Position numbers and translations under genes: made by a program
Shown here: one piece after another, positions 58,649-64,000 of the stretch
How positions within the stretch are numbered: the first letter of the stretch is position 1
Layout: each line of letters starts with the position of its first letter
Notes under the pieces: model-generated
Databases searched by the model: none
Told to the model about the DNA's origin: nothing
The model's input: the letters and a program-made list of their open reading frames with translations, nothing else
Assembly: GCA_011523385.1 (NCBI GenBank)
Contig: WTGX01000006.1
Span: 4,121-68,120, forward strand
From: Nitrospira sp.
GTDB taxonomy: Bacteria > Nitrospirota > Nitrospiria > Nitrospirales > UBA8639
Length of the DNA: 64,000 bases
Direction: 5' to 3'

Positions 58649-59167
58649 ATGAATCTGGTGCTCATCGGGTATCGGGGCACGGGGAAAAGCACGGTTGCGG
58701 AACTCCTCGCCACGCAACTTGGATGGAGGGCGATTTCAACGGACGCGCAAATCGTTGAACAGGCGCACATGACAATTCCGGACATTGTGGCCGGCAACGG
58801 GTGGGACCATTTCCGCACTCTCGAAACCGGGGTATGCCTCGCACTCAAAGACCAGGACCGCCTGGTCATCGATACCGGCGGGGGGATCATCCTCCGACCG
58901 GAAAACATGGCAGCGTTGAAGCCCAACGGCCTGGTGTTCTGGCTGACCGCCACAGTCACGACGATTACCCGGCGGATTTCGGATGACACGCAACGCCCGG
59001 CACTCACCGCGGGAAAGACGTTTCTCGAGGAAATTCAGGAAGTCCTGACCGAACGGACCTCGAAATATCAAGCCGCGGCCGATCACACCATTGCGACCGA
59101 CGACCACTCACCGGAGGAGATCGTCTCTCAAATCCTGACCATTGCCCGCAGCCACGGAATCAATTGA
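58649..59167 (+). CDS. aroK: shikimate kinase
   Basis: Starts MNLVLIGYRGTGKSTVAELLA (Walker A). The start is set at the internal ATG 58649, 3 nt after the aroE stop codon. Confidence 0.92.
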   Translation: MNLVLIGYRGTGKSTVAELLATQLGWRAISTDAQIVEQAHMTIPDIVAGNGWDHFRTLETGVCLALKDQDRLVIDTGGGIILRPENMAALKPNGLVFWLTATVTTITRRISDDTQRPALTAGKTFLEEIQEVLTERTSKYQAAADHTIATDDHSPEEIVSQILTIARSHGIN

Positions 59168-59218
59168 TCGCGCTAGCCGCATCGTGGGTCTTCTTGATAC
59201 GGATGTCTTGAATCCGAG

Positions 59219-60190
59219 TCAGAGCAATCGCAGGCCATGATGAAAAATTTCCTGTGTGAATTGTTCCCACTTTTCGGGATCGTTTATAATCTCGGAAAGA
59301 TCAAATATCTGTTCGAGTCGAAATCCCAAGGCCTTCAAACGCTTTCCCATCTCTGCCGTACAAACTCCCACAATCAAATAATCCTTTGATGTGTTGGGTG
59401 TTTCTCCCGCACTCTTTTGAAACGCCCCAAGCCGTTCAAGTGCCCCGGCTGGGTCCGTTCCGGCCTTGATCTCAATCGTTGCGACAATCTGCCATTCCCC
59501 ATTCCGCACTTTCCTCTTGAATGCAATGTCCGGGTCGATACCAAAAGTCATTCGCACCTCGTTTGACAACATCCAATCCTTCGTTGGTTCCGTCGCATCT
59601 GTTCCGGTGTAGGGGCGCAGATCAATCCGACTCTGCGTTTGGAGCCACGCAACCAATGCGTTCTGAACCGCCTTTTCCCCCTCTCGTCCGATGATATTCC
59701 GAATCGAACCATCCGCCGTAATACCTATCGTTGCCAAAACATTCCGGTATCCGTTTTCCAATACCCAATCGTCTGCATCCATAATAATTGATGAGATAAT
59801 CGAGTTGTACAATCGTGCGATCTTTTGACACTTTTCCGTTGTTGGACGACGGTTCTTTGGCCATGATCCGTCTTCCCAGGAAACCACACTTCCCGCAATT
59901 GTCTGAACCCGCTTCAGCGATAAAAGGGCTATCCCCCGATAGTGCAATGATACATCTGGGCTCTGCTGCAACATAATCGGATGGACAAAGACAAACTTCG
60001 GGTCTATCCCTGAAGAGATGACATGCTGCCAAGCCTCTTGCGCGATTGCCAATTCCACAAGGTCTCGTTCGTAATCTGACACGCTCAAGGCAAACGAGTC
60101 GATTTTCTTCCTCGCCTTTAGTTCAGCACGTTCCCGTATTCGCCGAGAAATGATAGTGGCACGGGTTTTTGACTCTTGCAATTTATCCAT
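59219..60190 (-). CDS. putative type II restriction endonuclease (PD-(D/E)xK)
   Basis: Contains ..GIDPDIAF..(17 aa)..ATIEIKAG, which fits a D...ExK nuclease core. The gene lies downstream of, and overlaps by 8 nt, a DNA methyltransferase gene. The start is set at MDKLQES. The region looks AT-richer by eye. Confidence 0.55.
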   Translation of the reverse strand: MDKLQESKTRATIISRRIRERAELKARKKIDSFALSVSDYERDLVELAIAQEAWQHVISSGIDPKFVFVHPIMLQQSPDVSLHYRGIALLSLKRVQTIAGSVVSWEDGSWPKNRRPTTEKCQKIARLYNSIISSIIMDADDWVLENGYRNVLATIGITADGSIRNIIGREGEKAVQNALVAWLQTQSRIDLRPYTGTDATEPTKDWMLSNEVRMTFGIDPDIAFKRKVRNGEWQIVATIEIKAGTDPAGALERLGAFQKSAGETPNTSKDYLIVGVCTAEMGKRLKALGFRLEQIFDLSEIINDPEKWEQFTQEIFHHGLRLL

Positions 60191-61658
60191 CAGGCTTTTC
60201 CCAATGATAGACGCATTTTCGTATTTCGTGCCTCCCGAACCGTCCCATTTGCTGACTGGAATTGCCTTTTCCGCGCTCAAGCATCCGAATGGTCTGACAC
60301 CGGAAACCGGATTGCTCTGCAAAATCTGATAAAATCAGGTCAACAGGAACCTCCTCCCCATGATACCGAACGTTGTCATTCACCATGAAGACGCTTCCAC
60401 CCGGTCTGACCACCCGACCCAGCTCCCTTACGACAACAGCCATCTCCGTAAAATAATTTTTCACAAGTCGGATCACGTTGCGATTGCTCAACTCGTGGGC
60501 TTGTTCAGTCAGATTGTCAAGAATCTCTTGAAGGGCGGGCTGCTCATCAGCCATCCGAAATGCTTCCCTTGCGAGTGAGTCCTCACCGTAGTCTTTCTCG
60601 ATGGACGTGCGTTTTGAGCCGTTCTCTACGGTTGCCGACAACAACGACTGCCGTAACGCTTTCAACTGTTCGTGTCCGTAGCCGAGGTATTCCAACTCCA
60701 ACGCATACGTCCGCGTGTAATCATATCGGTTGGCATAGGGCGGCGACGTGACAACGGCGTCTACCGAGTTTGCCTGTAGCTTTTTGAGTTCGTTGAGGCT
60801 CGATCCGTTAACAAGTGTAGGGATATGACCGGCATATGTCCTCTCCAGTATTGGGATGTCCGCAATGATTTCGGATATACGCTTTCCCAAGGCTTCCCTA
60901 ACGGTCGGAAGCGGTCCTTTATCCAACTTGGGGCTCACGACCCGTCCAGATTGAGGGTCCCATCGAAGAAACTGGCCGTCTTTCCGCGTATAACTCACGT
61001 CCTCCAAAATACTTACACAAGCAAGTGTCAAGACCGTTGCAATTGCCGGATCATCAATTTTTGAGATGAACATCTGCGCCCGCATCAATGCAGATTCGGT
61101 CTTCCGGGGATACGCGCCTTGCGTAATCGGCATCTGCTCCATACGGTTTCCTGTCCCGTGAACGCTATACTGGACAAGAGCTTTCGCTTGTTTTTCTAAG
61201 CAACCCATATCAATTCCATTCGACGCATACGCCACCGCCATGGCAGCCAGATTCCCGACTGGCATAATCTCAATCCCTGTCCCAACGTGCCCGAGACCAG
61301 TAGCGGCCACAACCGTCGTCCCTACACCAGAAAACGGATCGAGAACATGAGTTCCTTGTTGTTGGGGGAGAAGTGTCCGAACAAGGGATCTGGAAAACCC
61401 TTCCTTGTATTTGAACCACCGGAACCCTGGTTCATGCTTATTTCCTTGATAGGACACCAGTTTCCGGTTGAGACCGACATCTACGAACATCCGATCACAG
61501 AATCGACGAAACAAGTCGTTCCGCTCTTGGGTCTTTTTCCCATTAGAGGACAAGACGGCAGTTAACGGGAAAGCTCTCTGCAAAGAGCCATCTAACCTGA
61601 CGTCTCTCTCTATCTGATCAAAACCAAACTCCTGTTGCTGTAGAAGCCCGTCCCTCAT
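60183..61658 (-). CDS. DNA methyltransferase (N4-C/N6-A type, SPPY motif)
   Basis: Contains the AdoMet motif LDPFSGVGTT followed about 170 aa later by VVTSPPYANRYDY, an alpha-like motif order. Confidence 0.85.
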   Translation of the reverse strand: MRDGLLQQQEFGFDQIERDVRLDGSLQRAFPLTAVLSSNGKKTQERNDLFRRFCDRMFVDVGLNRKLVSYQGNKHEPGFRWFKYKEGFSRSLVRTLLPQQQGTHVLDPFSGVGTTVVAATGLGHVGTGIEIMPVGNLAAMAVAYASNGIDMGCLEKQAKALVQYSVHGTGNRMEQMPITQGAYPRKTESALMRAQMFISKIDDPAIATVLTLACVSILEDVSYTRKDGQFLRWDPQSGRVVSPKLDKGPLPTVREALGKRISEIIADIPILERTYAGHIPTLVNGSSLNELKKLQANSVDAVVTSPPYANRYDYTRTYALELEYLGYGHEQLKALRQSLLSATVENGSKRTSIEKDYGEDSLAREAFRMADEQPALQEILDNLTEQAHELSNRNVIRLVKNYFTEMAVVVRELGRVVRPGGSVFMVNDNVRYHGEEVPVDLILSDFAEQSGFRCQTIRMLERGKGNSSQQMGRFGRHEIRKCVYHWEKPDG

Positions 61659-61772
61659 ACTCTTCCCCGAATTCCTGTCTGCTGTACTACACTACTAGCT
61701 CCTGGAAAACGTTTCCCCTTCATCTTTCTAACATACAGACAATTAATAAATGGGAACATTGGGTCGATCATT

Positions 61773-62010
61773 ATGCCGTCCTGCAAACTCATTCACAACG
61801 AGCTTAATCCGCAAATCGTCATCGAGGCCAAACTTACCGAAGACAACGGCACAGTGCGCGATAAGGCCACCGCAGCATGGAAGGGCAACTGCCAGACAAG
61901 CCAAAATTCGAAGTGGTCGCCTGTATTGCCGGACGCGGCTTTGGCGTACGCCGTGAGGACATGAAGAAGCTACTTCTTTTCACTCGTTCCTCGGCTTCTT
62001 TGCGAAAACC
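61773..62010 (+). pseudogene. possible frameshifted remnant of a second nuclease gene
   Basis: Two overlapping frames read ..NPQIVIEAKLTEDNGTVRDKATAA and ..KPKFEVVACIAGRGFGVRREDMKKLL. They parallel the ExK..G....R...vvg...M.K.L C-terminal layout of the 59219..60190 protein. This call is weak. Confidence 0.25.
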
Positions 62011-62014
62011 ACGC

Positions 62015-62380
62015 CTAAGTCTTACCACGGCCTTTCCTCATGTGTTTGTAGGCCGACTTGAGCATCGTGTCCAAGGCTTTGGCGCTTTCTTCACTCAGAT
62101 TGCGGTCAGCACGAAGAAGTGCTGAGATCTGCGCAAGTGGTTCAGCGTAAGATTGTACTTTCTCGGCAGGCTTATAAAACTTCCTCACATCGACACCTGA
62201 CCAACTCGCCAGAGCTGCCAGACCATCTATGTCTGGCCGTTTCCCTTGTCGCATCCGTGTGAGCGTAGATGCTGCAATCCGAGCCTCGTTCGCGACCTGT
62301 TTCCAGGTCAGTTTCCTGGACTCCCTTGTACCATCCAACGCTGCGTAGAAGCCTGTCGTATCAAATCGTTGATTTGACAT
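62015..62380 (-). CDS. XRE-family helix-turn-helix regulator
   Basis: Contains ..RKLTWKQVANEARIAASTLTRMRQGKRPDIDGL... It is divergent from the multiubiquitin-like gene. Confidence 0.75.
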   Translation of the reverse strand: MSNQRFDTTGFYAALDGTRESRKLTWKQVANEARIAASTLTRMRQGKRPDIDGLAALASWSGVDVRKFYKPAEKVQSYAEPLAQISALLRADRNLSEESAKALDTMLKSAYKHMRKGRGKT

Positions 62381-62485
62381 ATGACATCATATTTCACTAT
62401 TGCAATTCATGATGTTATATGATTGAATGCGGAAATGATTGCAAAGTAGGAATCAGAATGCAAACTTACAACAGAGGAGGGTGAC

Positions 62486-62788
62486 ATGTCAAAGCAAAAT
62501 CCCGATGGCTCTTTCGAACTTGAGGTCAACGGTGCCGTCATCACTTTCAAAGATCCCGTGCCGACGGCCAGCCAAATCCTACGCGAAGGCAGATTCACCC
62601 CAACAGATGAGCACATTTTGATCCGACTGCAGAAAGGCTCATCAAATGCGTTGGGCTTGGATGAATCGGTCGATCTCCGCAATGGAGAATCTGCGAAGTT
62701 TGACCGTAGACGCATGGAGCAATCGTGCTCAGCGACGAGTGCGCGCACAGGCAAGTTTGGTTCAACAGAAATGGCACCTACGAATTGA
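62486..62788 (+). CDS. multiubiquitin-like (beta-grasp) domain protein, single domain with an odd tail
   Basis: GAGGAGGG RBS. The sequence FELEVNGAVITFKDPVPTASQILREGRFTPTDEHILIRLQKGSSNALGLDESVDLRNGESAKF resembles the prokaryotic multiubiquitin domain pattern as I recall it. The remaining 28 aa look like out-of-frame sequence. Confidence 0.45.
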   Translation: MSKQNPDGSFELEVNGAVITFKDPVPTASQILREGRFTPTDEHILIRLQKGSSNALGLDESVDLRNGESAKFDRRRMEQSCSATSARTGKFGSTEMAPTN

Positions 62789-62837
62789 TTCAGGATTTTG
62801 TCGAGGTTGGTGTCCCGATTCGGAAGTGGAGGGGAAC

Positions 62838-62903
62838 ATGAGTCGCTTTGTTCGCCAGAGTTTCTTAGGAGTCAACAGCAGGGCTGTTTTAGTTGGTGGT
62901 TAG
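62838..62903 (+). pseudogene. 21-codon stub resembling a ThiF/E1 N-terminus
   Basis: Reads MSRFVRQSFLGVNSRAVLVGG, then a stop, resembling the RxxRQ...(V)xxVGxGG start of E1-like adenylyltransferases. An AT-rich break follows. Confidence 0.3.
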
Positions 62904-63044
62904 ATTGAAACGGATTTAGTTACTTTTCTCATTGGATTAATTAGAGATATACTATTGCATATATCACTGCACCGCGGGTGAAAGGCCTGACAAAAAATCA
63001 GTGCGTTTAGGTTTTTCGTCATAGAATAGCAAGTAATAAGACTC

Positions 63045-63527
63045 ATGAGCGTCAAATCCCCGGAGAAACTGCCTCCCATGGACTTCACCTGGATTCGGTG
63101 GCTGTTGGACAGCTACGGGTTCTGGTTGAAGCGCGAACTCATCGACCGGACGGGCACGCTTGAGGAGCAAAGCGAACGGCTCTTTGTTGCCCCGTTTGTG
63201 GTGGCCTCCCACACCAATGCGGAAGATCCCATCCTCAATTACGGGAATCGACAGGCCCTCGAATTATGGGAAGGGAACTGGGAGGAATTTACCTCGACCC
63301 CTTCGCGATTGACCGCAGAACCCGTGAATCAGCCCGAGCGGGCACGGATGCTCGATCGGGTGGCGACACACGGATTCATTACCGATTACCAGGGGATACG
63401 CATTTCACGTAGCAGCCGGCGGTTTCTCGTGCAGCAAGCCACGGTCTGGAACATCCTGGACGACCACGGGGCCATCCAAGGGCAAGCCGCGACCTTCTCG
63501 CACTGGCAACCGCTGACTGAAGATTAA
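63045..63527 (+). CDS. MEKHLA-domain protein
   Basis: Contains LLDSYGFWLKRELI..APFVVASH..EDPILNYGNRQALELWE..WEEF...PSRLTAEP..ERARML..V..HGFITDYQGIRISRSSRRF.V..ATVWNILD..G...GQAATF..W. Confidence 0.8.
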   Translation: MSVKSPEKLPPMDFTWIRWLLDSYGFWLKRELIDRTGTLEEQSERLFVAPFVVASHTNAEDPILNYGNRQALELWEGNWEEFTSTPSRLTAEPVNQPERARMLDRVATHGFITDYQGIRISRSSRRFLVQQATVWNILDDHGAIQGQAATFSHWQPLTED

Positions 63528-63613
63528 AGAAGCCCTTCCATAGAGAAAGTGTTGACATTGTGCGCACACCGAAGGATACTCCAGACAGAGACGGATAAAG
63601 AACGGGGTATCAT

Positions 63614-63910
63614 ATGCGCAAACACACTGCCAAAACGCAACGCAAGGGTCAGCCGAGAAACATCAATCTTCGGGTGAAACCTCATGCACGTGCTTTAATC
63701 GATCGCGCCTGCGCCATTACGGACAAACGCATAACGGACTTTGTCCTCGACGCGGCGTGTCGTGAAGCCGAGGACGTGCTCCTCGACCGGAGACTCTTCA
63801 ATCTGGACGAGACAGCATATCGGGCATTTGTTGATGCGCTCGATAAGCCGACGCGACGCCATCCCGAACTCAAAAAATTACTGAGCCGGAAGCCGATTTG
63901 GGAAAACTGA
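63614..63910 (+). CDS. tacA: DUF1778 (TacA-type) antitoxin
   Basis: Contains ..INLRVKPHARALIDRACAITDKRITDFVLDAACREAEDVLLDRRLFNLDETAYRAFVDALD, a typical DUF1778 pattern. Confidence 0.8.
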   Translation: MRKHTAKTQRKGQPRNINLRVKPHARALIDRACAITDKRITDFVLDAACREAEDVLLDRRLFNLDETAYRAFVDALDKPTRRHPELKKLLSRKPIWEN

Positions 63911-64000
63911 ACACGGACGCATCCACGCCAAAACTCACCGCACCCGAAGCCCTCAACACACACCATATTCTCGCCGACTTTGATTGTGGTCATGATGCGC
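63898..64000 (+). CDS. tacT: GNAT-family acetyltransferase toxin (TacT-like), 5' fragment; continues beyond the window
   Basis: An open frame overlaps the tacA stop. It reads ..LTAPEALNTHHILADFDCGHDA, which resembles TacT N-termini (..F.CG...L). The start codon is uncertain (TTG at 63898 is possible). Confidence 0.5.
   Translation, partial: MGKLNTDASTPKLTAPEALNTHHILADFDCGHDA

Overview
This is a 64-kb chromosomal window that looks high in GC by eye. Gene content and order look like a Nitrospirota (Nitrospira-like) genome, which is inference only. Most of it is core metabolism and information processing: hisA/H/B/D/G, murA-prmC-prfA, rpmE, rho, queA, asd, leuB/leuA, pssA-psd, ilvC/N/B, bioF, ggt, ruvB, uvrA, uvrC, ispA, aroE-aroK. 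Small accessory islets lie between the core blocks. (1) 11.5-14.0 kb holds VapBC, a large protein with a C-terminal HEPN-like RNRVAH motif, and an orphan BrnA-like antitoxin. (2) 20.1-21.9 kb holds a three-gene cassette (a Cys-motif protein plus two DUF488 paralogues) wedged between leuA and leuB. (3) 30.4-34.6 kb holds tandem small membrane-anchor genes, an orphan RHH gene, a Sel1-repeat protein, a divergent UDG-like protein and VapBC. (4) 51.6-53.9 kb holds three toxin-antitoxin modules, one of them bracketed by 105-bp direct repeats. (5) 59.2-64.0 kb holds a type II R-M pair, an HTH regulator, a multiubiquitin-like gene with a truncated E1-like stub, a MEKHLA protein and TacA/TacT. The window also carries several families of short palindromic (REP-like) repeats. 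Some have stems that co-vary between copies, and several are embedded in-frame in genes (uvrA, uvrC, aroE, a Slam/DUF560-like outer-membrane protein). There is also a 142-bp MITE-like element with 15-bp terminal inverted repeats and 4-bp target duplications, present in two copies, one with a nested insertion. I saw no rRNA, tRNA or CRISPR array. My best candidates for an undescribed system are the DUF488 cassette and the HEPN/BrnA islet. All family assignments come from reading motifs by eye and need HMM confirmation.
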